A stretch of DNA of 63,598 nucleotides, the filler included, from Collodictyon triciliatum (taxonomy: Eukaryota): NCBI GenBank assembly GCA_043381765.1. It is 6 parts of 6 records of this genome, joined end to end, with 100 filler letters (N's around TTAATTAATTAA, not from the genome) between each part and the next. Parts side by side here need not be neighbours in the genome. Positions count along the whole stretch, not along the records: positions 1 to 19,944 come from JBHJMP010000285.1; 5 more parts are not named here. One strand, 5' to 3'. The notes beneath the pieces were generated by a model that was given only the letters and a program-made list of their open reading frames with translations, was not told the DNA's origin and did no database searches. This document shows, piece by piece, positions 1 to 14,641 of this stretch (within the stretch, counting starts at the first letter, position 1; each line of letters starts with the position of its first letter). The position numbers were made by a program, and so were the translations under genes.

Positions 1-23
1 GCATTTTCAAAGTGATGTTATTA

Positions 24-2623
<2,600 letters not shown>

Positions 2624-2707
2624 CTTATTTGTACTTCGAATATGTCTCTTGATGCATGAAGAGCAATATTTCTTAGGGTATTCTTTTTTCTCTTTCAATT
2701 CTTGTAG

Positions 2708-4032
<1,325 letters not shown>

Positions 4033-4266
4033 CCACCGCATATCTAATAAACCTTGCTTGTGACAAAGTAGCCACCAAACAAAGGATATCCATCCATTCA
4101 TACCAAAGGTGGAAATTACGGCGCGCACCTTAAGCCACTCCACTCTTCCATGTCTGCTTTGCAGATGAATCACGCTTCGCTGCGGACGTCGCATAGTTGA
4201 TTCGACAACAAAGCCTTGTGGGGCGACAGGGAGGTATGCAGCGGGCCACTGACAAAAGACACTAGG

Positions 4267-7200
4267 ATGGCCACATTCGGAGAAGTCGATCTTGTAGAGT
4301 CGCTAGAGGAAAGTGACGATGGCTACCCTGGGGAGGATGAAGAAATCCATGAGGAAGAGGAAGAGGAAGAGGAAGAGGAAGAGGAAGAGGAAGAGGAAGA
4401 GGAAGAGGAAGAGGAAGAGGAAGAGGAAGAGGAAGAGGAAGAAGACCTATGCTCCGATTCAGACAGCGAACAAGACAGGAGTGACTTCATTGAGAGTCAA
4501 GAGGACGATCAAGAGCATCGGCCACATGCGAATGGACGCAGTCGCTTTGTGATCAAAAAACCACTGCAGAGGCCCAACAAAGACAAAAGGAAACACATAG
4601 GGATATTACCGCAAGGAGGAGACTGGCAGGACATTCAACCTGTTCAATATTCTTTTCGAATCCGTCGCAAGGAACTTAGAATCTCACCCATTCGCGCTTT
4701 TCGCAGCCATATTGTGCGGCTCCGGAGCAACGCAGGGTTGAATGCAGAACTTGATCCAACCTCCATTCCGCTTTCGAAAAAGCTGAGGCGAAGCGTATGC
4801 AAACTTTACAGACTAACGGGATCGTTCTTTTGGAATCGCAGGGAGATTGATGTGGGTGGATGGGGACTGCATCAAATGCACCCAGACTTGCTTGCTCTTA
4901 TCCTCGCATCAGGACCCGAAACTCTGATGATGCGCGAAAACCACCTCGAGCAGTTTCATCTTGCAAGAGCCATCCACAGGCTCGGTCGTCCTCCACGTGC
5001 ATTTGAAGGTCTGATGGGAATAGGTTCCTTCGTAAACGAGCTTCACAGACAAGAAAGCGATGTTCAGCCGTCTTTGCACGAAACTATATATCTTGCAGAC
5101 AATATCGATTCCAGGGTCTCTGCGCTGCTTGCCACTTTGCAAACGCTGGATGTGTCCCACAATAATCTGGGGACATTGCCATCTGCCATCAGCAGACTGG
5201 AGCAGCTTTTCTCTTTGAATGCATCACACAACCACTTGACACGAATAGCCTCTGGTGCGCTCTGGCTCCCGAATTTAGTTGCTCTTGATCTTTCACACAA
5301 CAACCTAGTCGCCTTTGGTGATGTTCCAAAAACCAGTCTTAATATTGCTCTCCTCCCAAGGCATGGGACACTGTCTTCTATAGACTTGCAGGATGAAGAC
5401 CTGCTCGGGTCACATCACAGTATTAAAAACGTTGTAGAAGAGGAATCCTCTATATTTCTTGGAAAGCTCAATTCATTAGACCTTTCGCACAATCAAATCA
5501 CTCTGTTATCCGGAGCGTTGTTGTTCCCAGGGCTGCAATCACTGGATTTATCTTATAATAGATTCACATCCTTCGCTCTTCGAAAAGATATGCAGTTCCC
5601 GGGGTTACACTCTCTAAAATTGTCGCACAATCAATTGATCTCATTCGAATTGCCCCATAACCCAGAATCTACTCATAGTATTCAAAACCTACAAGTTCTG
5701 GACCTTTCCTACAATCTATTGTCCTTTTTGCCCCTCTCCTTTCCTTTTGTAGTGCCCAGACTCCGCTCTCTGAATCTTTCACACAATCAGATTTCTTACA
5801 TGCCGCCAGCTTTCGCTGCCCTGTCATACACCCTGGCAGATTTGGACCTTTCATACAATCATATTTCAGTTCAATCAATCGCTCTGGCCCGTCTCCAGTC
5901 CTTCTCCTTGGCCAAAAATGGACTCGCCACTCTGTCATCCACATTTGCATTTTTCCTTCCAAACTTGCATAGCCTGGATCTCTCAGACAACCAAATATCA
6001 GCACTACCTCATGATTTGCGGTCATTTTCACATATCCATACGCTTAATTTGTCTCGCAACTGCCTCTCGGGGTTACCACCGTCTTTTGCTGCATTGGCTC
6101 GATCTTTGAGCGCGCTGGACCTGTCCCACAATCGCCTTGCTAACCTCCCTGACTTTTTCTCTTCTCTCCACGCCGTGCAACGTCTTATCCTTAAAAGCAA
6201 CTTCTTTTCAGGATTTCCAGTTCCTATTTGGCATATGGGGAAACTCAAGCAATTATCGTTGGGAAATAACTCGATGACCGAGCTACCTGAACCCTCATGG
6301 ACACAATCCATGACCTCAACATACTCTGCCTGGCCATCAATAGAGTATTTGGACCTATCCAACAATCATCTCGTGAATATTCCAACTGCGTTATTGGTTT
6401 CCTTACCATCTCTAGTTTTCGTAGACCTTTCGGGAAACAAGATTGTGGCAGATCCATATGCATATGTATCGCTTGGCATACTACCAAGCATCCAGACGGT
6501 ATTGCTCTGTCGTAATCAAGGACTTCCTCCCATAGAATTGCCAACTAATTTGCGTGAACTGGATATATCGCACACCATGTCATCAGACCTGCCCATTGGT
6601 CTTTCGAAGTGCTCTCTTTTAACGTCACTTTCAGCCAGCAAAAATTCGCTTCTCTCTATACCCGCATGGTTTTCGTCCCTGACCAAGGTTCATGAAATAG
6701 ATTTCTCAGAAAACAAGCTCTCTTCCATACCCCAGGACGTTTGTCATTTTTGGGGAAATCTCAAGTTGCTTAATCTATCTGACAATCTATTTTCTCATCT
6801 ACCAACTGCTGTATCCTTATTGACAGGAATAACGCACCTGAATTTATCCGGAAATCAGCTGTCCACTTTTGCGCCTGACAGCGATTCAGTCAACATCGCA
6901 CTTGATAGACTTGCCAGTTTGCAGTTGGCCAGAAATTCATTCCAATCTATTCCCTCTGCCATCACATGCGTTCCAAACATTTTGGACATTAATCTGATGT
7001 CAAACTTTATTTCATCGATTACAAAAGACATATACAAACTCAGTGCTGTAGAGTCTTTGAATTTATCCTCAAATTTGCTATCTGTACTGCCCGTGACTTT
7101 TGGTCATTTGGTATCCTTGAAGAGACTATATTTATCTTCAAACAAGTTTAATCGAATTCCTGAGCCGATATCCACCTTGGTAAATCTCGAAACTCTTCAC

Positions 7201-10200
7201 CTTCATGATAACCAAATATCCATACTTCCTACACATTGGCAGAATCATTCTGGTCTTCTAGATCTCACTCTTCACAACAACCAAATTTCGTGGCTACCTC
7301 CGTCATTCTCTGGGCTCTCCTCTTTACAAAATCTATGCATTGCGAATAATCCTGTGGGATATCTGAATCCTCTGTTATCTTTGTGGAGCCTCACCAGTTT
7401 GGATTCTAACAGCGCTGAAATCGGGCCCATCCACTTCACACTACCAAAGGCATACCCAATCAAACAACTACTATTATCCAACAACAACATTTCGTCCATC
7501 CCACCATCTATTAGTTTACTCAGCTCCTTGCAAGTGATGGACATTTCAAAAAACCTTTTGTCTGTGCTACCAGCAGAGGTAGAGAGTTTATCTCACCTTA
7601 GTGTCTTGAATTGTGCTGGAAACGTCATATCTGCTATCGACTTTTCTTTTAAAAATTTCCACCACCTTCGAACGTTATTGCTGGGAGATACAGAGAATGG
7701 AAACTTGCTCACAAGCATCCCATTATCACTAACATACTGCACATCATTGCTCATTCTGGATTGTTCGTTCAACAAGCTATCTTTCTTGCCTGAAGAAATC
7801 AGTGCCTGCTTGAATTTGCAGGAGCTGATACTAGAGAAAAACCAATTCAGTGGGCTACCAAATACGTTGTCTATGCTAAGTTGTCTTTCTAGCCTTAGGA
7901 TTAGAGGAAATCCGATGCCGCATGCTACTCAAAGAGTGTATGAATCCCTTACAAACAAGGACCGAAGTCGCTTGAACCTGTCTCAATTGGACTCGGCAGT
8001 TCGTCTGGAGCATATTCAGCATGCGTTGCAACTAGTAGATGTTATAACTTTGGATTTGTCATCTAATCGCCTGACGGAATTGCCACCATGGATTAGTACA
8101 CTATCAAATCTGAAGCATCTCATTTTAGACTATAATTTACTGCAAGTTTTGCCGCCCTGGATTTGTTCCATGAAGCTCCATCAATTATCTCTGAAGGGGA
8201 TTCTTCAAATGAGCCCGAAGCTGTCATCTAGCTATGCATCCATCATCCCACTAAAGAGTATGAACACTATGGAGAAGACATTAAAAATCCTCCAAGTGTT
8301 GAGAATTGTGGAGTCACCAAAGGACAAAATCTTTGAAATCTACGAAGAATATGCATGCCAGCAGCTCAATCAGCTATCACAGTCGTACACAATCAACGGA
8401 GAGGTTTATGATGCCTCCTTGACAACAGTCGAGCTGGCGTGCAGTTCGAGTGCAAGTCAGTTTCTTTCTCAAGATCAAATGCAGGATTCTGTTTGGAGGC
8501 GCTGGACAAACTATGCAAACCCTCGCCGATACTTGCGTGAAAAGTACAACCGGAGCAACTGGTGGAGTGATGGGTTTACGAAAGGCACGTCTACTTTTCT
8601 AGAGTCGTGTTACCACGAGCTTTACCCATTTATCATCTCTCCGTTGGCAAAATATCTAACGTCAATTGCTGCCTTTACTCTATACCTTTTAGTGCTGATT
8701 TCAGTTATTATGGCCAGCAACCAAACATCAAATACTCCAACATATGAGTACTCAAAAGCGCTTCACAGCGCGTTTGATCCATCTATGGTGCGAAGCACAG
8801 CCGATTATTGGGCTTATATAGAAAACGTATTTATCCCATTCACTTTTTCTCATCAACACTACCTGAACTCAAACTCGAGCGGCTTATGGCACGGTGGAAA
8901 TTCCTTCTTCCGACTGCAAAGTCCAGTCAATCAAAGGCAAATCAGGAGTTGGAAGAAGAACTGTGTTTATCATTATCATTTATACCATCAGCCGAATTAT
9001 GATGTGGATTCAAATAACACAGCCCCTGTAATTCAATACTGTGTCCCTCCATATTCCTTCAATACAGAAGAGTTTGAATCTTTTGGGACAAACAACACAT
9101 TTGAATGGACATCCCATAATCCAAACTTTAATTCCAAGATACAAGGTCACTCTGGGACTTGGTACTCGTCAGCCGGATACATTATTCACATGGGATGCAC
9201 TGAACATGAGGCACATGAAAAGAATCAAGCACTGAAAAGAGAAGGGTGGATTGATGAGCAAACGCGTGCTGTCTTTGTTGAATTTGTTGTTTCTAATCAA
9301 AACCTACGAGTTGTCTCGCAAGTACTTGTCTTTTTCGAGTTCAATCCAAGCGGGTTACTATATCCAAATTTACGAATCACAACAATTCCTATCTCATGTT
9401 TATCGGGTGGTTATTCGTCAACTCTATCTTACTACTGGGTTCTTTCGTTGTTTGCGATGGCTTTCATCTCCCACGAGGTGTCAAAGTACGAACTTGAGCG
9501 TAAGAAATATTGGAAACAAAAATGGAACTATTTAGATTTGGGGATAATCTCTTTACTATGCGTATTGATTTTCAACCAGTTTGGTATTTTCCTTTTTGCG
9601 CCGCATGTTGTAATTGCCCCAGACGTCGACGGAAGCCTTCCAATTGACGTACAGGAAGCATCTTTCGGAACATCTGTCGCTTTGCACAATATTCAAAGGG
9701 AGGTGTCTGGAGTACTCGTGCTGTTTTCGTTTGCAAAATTCTTTTACTATTCACGACTCCAGAGCATCCTGGGCCCATTACAGATATGCGTATGGGAAGT
9801 ATTAAGTCGCTCATTTCGCTACTTTTATGTGGTATCTATCTTCTTTGCAGCCTTTAGTGTCAGTTTATATGCGGCTTTTGGAGATGCACTTGCAGAGTTT
9901 TCATCGCTTCCTCAATCCATAAACAGCTTGACCCAGCTGATGTTTGGTGTCTTTGACTTTGAAGTCATACATCAGGATGGAACCATACTTGGGTCTCTTT
10001 TCTTTTATGTCTCTCTCACAACTTTTGGTCTGCTATTAATTAATCTCTTGATTGCCATGATGACTGGGCTGTATGCCGATGCCAATCGAGCTGCCCATCA
10101 GAAGCATGCGTTGTTGGTAGCTTCAGCGACGTTGGACATGATGAACTATCCAACGCCACCACCTTTCAATCTGTTCTCTGGGACATGGACTCTTTTGAAA

Positions 10201-10263
10201 AAGAACCTATTCCCACTTATTGATATGGAGGGGGCTGATGAGGTGAGAAAAAGAAATGCATAA
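4267..10263 (+). CDS. Poly-Glu N-terminus + roughly 40 leucine-rich repeats + polycystin-2/TRPP-like 6TM cation channel (single ~6 kb exon; probable donor at 10243)
   Basis: 2015-aa ORF, ATG at 4267. LxxLDLSxNxL repeats over ~5130-8200. TOP-domain motifs RQIRS...C, YSSAGY, LKREGWIDEQTRAVFVEF; WNYLDL; pore FSSLPQSINSLTQLMFGVFDF; S6 LLINLLIAMM. Confidence 0.92.
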   Translation: MATFGEVDLVESLEESDDGYPGEDEEIHEEEEEEEEEEEEEEEEEEEEEEEEEEEEEEEDLCSDSDSEQDRSDFIESQEDDQEHRPHANGRSRFVIKKPLQRPNKDKRKHIGILPQGGDWQDIQPVQYSFRIRRKELRISPIRAFRSHIVRLRSNAGLNAELDPTSIPLSKKLRRSVCKLYRLTGSFFWNRREIDVGGWGLHQMHPDLLALILASGPETLMMRENHLEQFHLARAIHRLGRPPRAFEGLMGIGSFVNELHRQESDVQPSLHETIYLADNIDSRVSALLATLQTLDVSHNNLGTLPSAISRLEQLFSLNASHNHLTRIASGALWLPNLVALDLSHNNLVAFGDVPKTSLNIALLPRHGTLSSIDLQDEDLLGSHHSIKNVVEEESSIFLGKLNSLDLSHNQITLLSGALLFPGLQSLDLSYNRFTSFALRKDMQFPGLHSLKLSHNQLISFELPHNPESTHSIQNLQVLDLSYNLLSFLPLSFPFVVPRLRSLNLSHNQISYMPPAFAALSYTLADLDLSYNHISVQSIALARLQSFSLAKNGLATLSSTFAFFLPNLHSLDLSDNQISALPHDLRSFSHIHTLNLSRNCLSGLPPSFAALARSLSALDLSHNRLANLPDFFSSLHAVQRLILKSNFFSGFPVPIWHMGKLKQLSLGNNSMTELPEPSWTQSMTSTYSAWPSIEYLDLSNNHLVNIPTALLVSLPSLVFVDLSGNKIVADPYAYVSLGILPSIQTVLLCRNQGLPPIELPTNLRELDISHTMSSDLPIGLSKCSLLTSLSASKNSLLSIPAWFSSLTKVHEIDFSENKLSSIPQDVCHFWGNLKLLNLSDNLFSHLPTAVSLLTGITHLNLSGNQLSTFAPDSDSVNIALDRLASLQLARNSFQSIPSAITCVPNILDINLMSNFISSITKDIYKLSAVESLNLSSNLLSVLPVTFGHLVSLKRLYLSSNKFNRIPEPISTLVNLETLHLHDNQISILPTHWQNHSGLLDLTLHNNQISWLPPSFSGLSSLQNLCIANNPVGYLNPLLSLWSLTSLDSNSAEIGPIHFTLPKAYPIKQLLLSNNNISSIPPSISLLSSLQVMDISKNLLSVLPAEVESLSHLSVLNCAGNVISAIDFSFKNFHHLRTLLLGDTENGNLLTSIPLSLTYCTSLLILDCSFNKLSFLPEEISACLNLQELILEKNQFSGLPNTLSMLSCLSSLRIRGNPMPHATQRVYESLTNKDRSRLNLSQLDSAVRLEHIQHALQLVDVITLDLSSNRLTELPPWISTLSNLKHLILDYNLLQVLPPWICSMKLHQLSLKGILQMSPKLSSSYASIIPLKSMNTMEKTLKILQVLRIVESPKDKIFEIYEEYACQQLNQLSQSYTINGEVYDASLTTVELACSSSASQFLSQDQMQDSVWRRWTNYANPRRYLREKYNRSNWWSDGFTKGTSTFLESCYHELYPFIISPLAKYLTSIAAFTLYLLVLISVIMASNQTSNTPTYEYSKALHSAFDPSMVRSTADYWAYIENVFIPFTFSHQHYLNSNSSGLWHGGNSFFRLQSPVNQRQIRSWKKNCVYHYHLYHQPNYDVDSNNTAPVIQYCVPPYSFNTEEFESFGTNNTFEWTSHNPNFNSKIQGHSGTWYSSAGYIIHMGCTEHEAHEKNQALKREGWIDEQTRAVFVEFVVSNQNLRVVSQVLVFFEFNPSGLLYPNLRITTIPISCLSGGYSSTLSYYWVLSLFAMAFISHEVSKYELERKKYWKQKWNYLDLGIISLLCVLIFNQFGIFLFAPHVVIAPDVDGSLPIDVQEASFGTSVALHNIQREVSGVLVLFSFAKFFYYSRLQSILGPLQICVWEVLSRSFRYFYVVSIFFAAFSVSLYAAFGDALAEFSSLPQSINSLTQLMFGVFDFEVIHQDGTILGSLFFYVSLTTFGLLLINLLIAMMTGLYADANRAAHQKHALLVASATLDMMNYPTPPPFNLFSGTWTLLKKNLFPLIDMEGADEVRKRNA

Positions 10264-10718
10264 TTAACATTATATCATGTACAATCATGAGCATTTCGTT
10301 CTAATAAATAGCCAACGATATCCCTTTTTACTCTTTATAAAAAATTAAATTAACATGTAAAATTAATTAAATGATTACCGACGTTGGTCTTCGGACGCTG
10401 TGCATTCAATAAATCAAAACAGCACTTCAATGGTAATCGCAAATATGAATACTAATAACACTTGTATTTTCTTGAGAGATTACATCATATGGTTCCTACC
10501 TTGTTGGTGAATGAAAAACAAATGAATCATTAGACCGAATGCCCCCATCCTTTTTTTATTACATTTTATTTTTTTCTCTCTATTATGCACTTCAACGTGT
10601 ATTTATTTGTCAGTAAGCCTTTTTGTAATTCGTTACCCGTTTCGTTTCCTTCTTGGTTTCCTATACCAATCAGAATCCATCAGACACTTACGAAAACACA
10701 CTTGTTAACACAACTCAG

Positions 10719-12608
10719 TGACAGCCCTCCAGTTCAACCGGTTCAAAGCACCACTTTCCCACGACAGGGACGCGCCAGAGACAGCGTGCAACATCACCGC
10801 CGACGGACTCAGTATTTGCCTCACCAGCAGCCAAGCAGCAAACATCATCGCAGTATATGCATGGACGCGCCGAGATAAGTTCCAGTACTTTGAAGTGGAG
10901 ATGATTCAGCCAGGCAGAATCTTTGTGGGGCTTGTGTCGAAGGCATCGGACTTCCAAGGCGTGCCTGGTGTCAATCTGGAGTCAATCGCCTTCAGCGGGT
11001 TTGATCAGGCATCTGTCTGGTCCAGCTCCTTGTGCGACATGGTCGGAGATTCCTGGAACAGCCCGGGGGCCATCATCGGCTGTGGCGTGGACTTTGCCAG
11101 AAACTACATCTTTTTCACGCGCAATGGAGTCCCCGTTCCGCGCAAGTTTGGGTTCTTTTGTGACGGCGACATGTACCCGATGATTCATCTGGGCGAAGCA
11201 GGCGCATGTGTGCGAGCAAACTTTGGAAAGACGCCGTTTGTGGGGAACCTCAAAGAGCTGCGCATGATGTCGTCCAGTTCGCTGGGTCGCTCCATTTGCA
11301 ACCAGCAGCGCGAAGAAAGCAGAGTCTTTGAGGCGCCGCAGTCGACGAAAGTGTGGGCGTCCAACTCGGGCGGGTTTCTCTCATACACGGCAGAGACCTG
11401 TGCGCGCGCAGTTGCATCAGACATTGTCACGGTCCTTGCCCAGGAGGACTGGATCAAAGAGAAGGGCTCGTCGTCCTTTGGCATCCTTGTTTTGCATGCG
11501 GGGCTGTCTCGCGATATCACCATCGGCTTTTGCGACCGAACGTTCCCGAGAGACCAGCGGCTCGGCTCGTGCGACAACTCGGTTGGATTCACGCTTTCAT
11601 TTGAGAAAAAGAAGGTTACCATGCAGACGTCTCTCTTTGGGTAAGGATGAATGTTTGGGTGCAGGCAAAGGCTCGCTTTTCTAACCTTTTTTTATTTATT
11701 TATTTATTTATTTTTGCTATTTGTTTTCTCAGTGGCTTACTTTGCTCATGTAATGATATGGTGGCGCAGCGCGATGCGATGTGTTTTTCTTTCTTCTTTT
11801 TTTAAAAAAGAAACAACGGAAACACAAGAACAAAATAACAAAAGAAAGATAAAATAAGAGACTATAGCAGAGAATATTATGCACAATGATGATTGTAATC
11901 AGCTTTAATTGAATCCACAAAACAATTCCATACGCGAGCAGCTCATCTCAACCACCTGAATGTGCGAAAAGAATCCAACTAATCTGACACATTCTCTTGC
12001 CAACTTTCCAACTTTCTTTTCTCTCATCTTTTCTCCTCACCATGACATGCATCTGCCTTTTCCTGCCTCGTGATTCGCCCGACCAATCACGCACCGAACC
12101 GCCCAGAGTCAGCACTAAAGCAGAGGCGTCTCTGGAGGCAACCGACACGCACAGCATCCGCACCATCGGCCTGCAAGTCCGCGAGGAGACACAAGGGCAG
12201 TGCGTGATTCAGCTGCTCATCAACGAGGCCCCATCACACGACATGTGCAGCTCGTTCTCCTCGCTTGTGATTGCACACTTGCATCCGGCAGTCACGCTCG
12301 AGGCCAAGCCGCAGTCTGTGTGCATGCACAGCCTTTGCCTGTTGCCCGACACAACGCCGAGACCAGAGCCGCATGCGCACAGCTTTGCGCAAAGCAGACC
12401 GCTTCGCTTTTCCGACTCACTCGGCCCGGCTCCGGGTCTGGCTCTGTCTGGTACAGCCTCTGCGTTCAGCCCGCTGCGTGTGGCAGAGGCCGATGTCTCG
12501 TTCTCTTCCTTGGATGCTCGGCGCTCGAGCAGCCTTCTTGAGAACCAGTCCAATCGTACGAATATGCGGCATCGCAGGCGCATCCGCTCCAATCAGAGCA
12601 CAGCCTAA
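10719..12608 (+). CDS. Two tandem SPRY (RanBPM-like) domains; exons ~10719-11640 and 12107-12608; probably the C-terminus of the LRR-TRPP gene
   Basis: YFEVEM..GRIFVGL...VPG..ESIAFSG...IIGCGVDF..NYIFFTRNG...MYPMIHL...VRANFG. The second, degenerate copy is split by a phase-2 intron (GTAAGG 11641 / CAG 12106). No in-frame ATG precedes the first domain. Confidence 0.8.
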
Positions 12609-13398
12609 TAGGTCTTCTTTTTTTTTTTCTTTTTAAGTCATCTTTTTCTCTCCGCCTTTTCTTTTCTTTTTTTTTTTCTCTTCCCCCTTTCCTTTTAACT
12701 TTTTAACTTTGTGGTGTGTCTCTTTGTGTTTTGTTTCGTTCGTTGGTCAAATCGGTGGGAGTTGGGCATTGAGAAAGTGCCTTCGGGAGCGGAATAAAGG
12801 AAACTTAAACATAATCATGACCAATGAAAGATTGATTCTTGTTCAATTATGGCTGTACTGATGGAATAATTAATACTAAGACGGCGAGAATCTAATGTGT
12901 TGGGGTCTCAATTGTTTGTTTGTTTTTTCCTGAAGTGGGACGCTTGCAATAGCATCTAGACGTGTTCTTTGTTGCCTGCGAGTGATGAAGAGCCCTAGCA
13001 TACGACCTCCTCCCAGACATACGTCTGATGAAGCCGTGGAGCGATGGTTAAACTTTTAAATATTACGAGGCGAAGTTGCATACTAACAAATAATAATGAT
13101 AATAATTACATTTATCGCAGCACACATCAGGAGCACGTTAAGAATGGAAAGTCCCCAGACAAGGTTGGCTTTGTTTTGGTTTCTCTTCCGATAGTTGTTC
13201 TAGTGAAGGTTGGTTGGTGTTAAATTTTACTATTTTTTCCCCATCCCCTTTTAATAGAATATCCATTTTTTCTAGCAGCTTATGGATGTAAAATATAGAT
13301 ATTTGATTACGACATTTGTTTCGATTGGCAATAGTTTAAGGGTTTGGCTCTGAATTTTAAAATATAAAGGAATTTAAAATACATCGTATATGATTTAC

Positions 13399-14544
13399 AA
13401 ACCACGTAAAAGAACAGGATTGTAGACATGAAAAGGATGACACTCATTAGAAAGTGCTGATATGCATCATAGACTCCGTAGTACACACCAACACAGAACG
13501 ATGCCTTTGATTACGTGTTATACTGAATGGGTCAAATAGAAAACTGAAACAATTGCACAAAAACATAAACACCATACACAGTAACAATAACAATAGCAAT
13601 AGCAATAACAGTAACAATAAGAATAATCATAATCATAATAATAACATTAATAATAATCATAATAATAACCATAATAATTATGATAATCATCATAATAATA
13701 CTGATAATCATAATCATAATAATAATAATACCAACGATATTATATTAGCATATGCAAATGTAATCAAACAAATAAATAGTGCATAAAGAGAAACATGACA
13801 GTGAATATAAAAAATATTAATATATTAAAAATAATAGGTAAATCATAGATTCACAAATAGATAAAGAAATAGATATAAATAATGAATAACTTGACTCACA
13901 CTCACAGCCATTCCAATTACTATCTCCACAAACAAAGTCAAGTGTTCCTCCTTCCATATTTTGCAGCAATTTGTTATGAAAGGAGGTAGATAAAGAAAAT
14001 CTTGGTGAGTCTTGCAATCGCAAAACGCAGGTTGGCTTTGCAAAAAAGAATACAAGCAAGTGGAACGAAGAGCTGACCCTAAAAAAACGGGCGATTCCAA
14101 AGTACAGAGTTTGCTCACCCACTCAGACATATCCCTTTGTCTCAGCCTGATCGGATCTGCGCTTTGCTTTGTTGACGTTTCAGACAAGTCTGCCTTTTTG
14201 ACTTGGCAGGCGCTGGGAATAACTAGTGTGTTCCTTCTAACGTGAAACCTAACACAGAGCCCTACTCTCTTGCCTTTTGCCCTTCCCTCAAAAACATGTA
14301 TATAAAAACAATACAAAAAAAAACACAAAAAAACACAAAAAAACACAAAAAAACACAAAAAAACATAAAAAACACAAAAAAACACAAAAAAACACAAAAA
14401 AACACAAAAAAACACAAAAAAACACAAAAAAACACAAAAAAACNNNNNNNNNNNNNNNNNNNNNNNNNNNNNNNNNNNNNNNNNNNNNNNNNNNNNNNNN
14501 NNNNNNNNNNNNNNNNNNNNNNNNNNNNNNNNNNNNNNNNNNNC

Positions 14545-14641
<97 letters not shown>

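Noticed and set aside
4909-9814. Short antisense and alternate-frame ORFs inside the LRR-channel exon (likewise within 29039-33613 and 46564-48932)
   Set aside because: Shadows of long coding exons with no recognisable motifs.
12940-13275. Possible tiny plus-strand spliced ORF (MKSPSIRPPPRH...KSPDK)
   Set aside because: About 40 aa, weak donors and no recognisable homology; cannot be supported.
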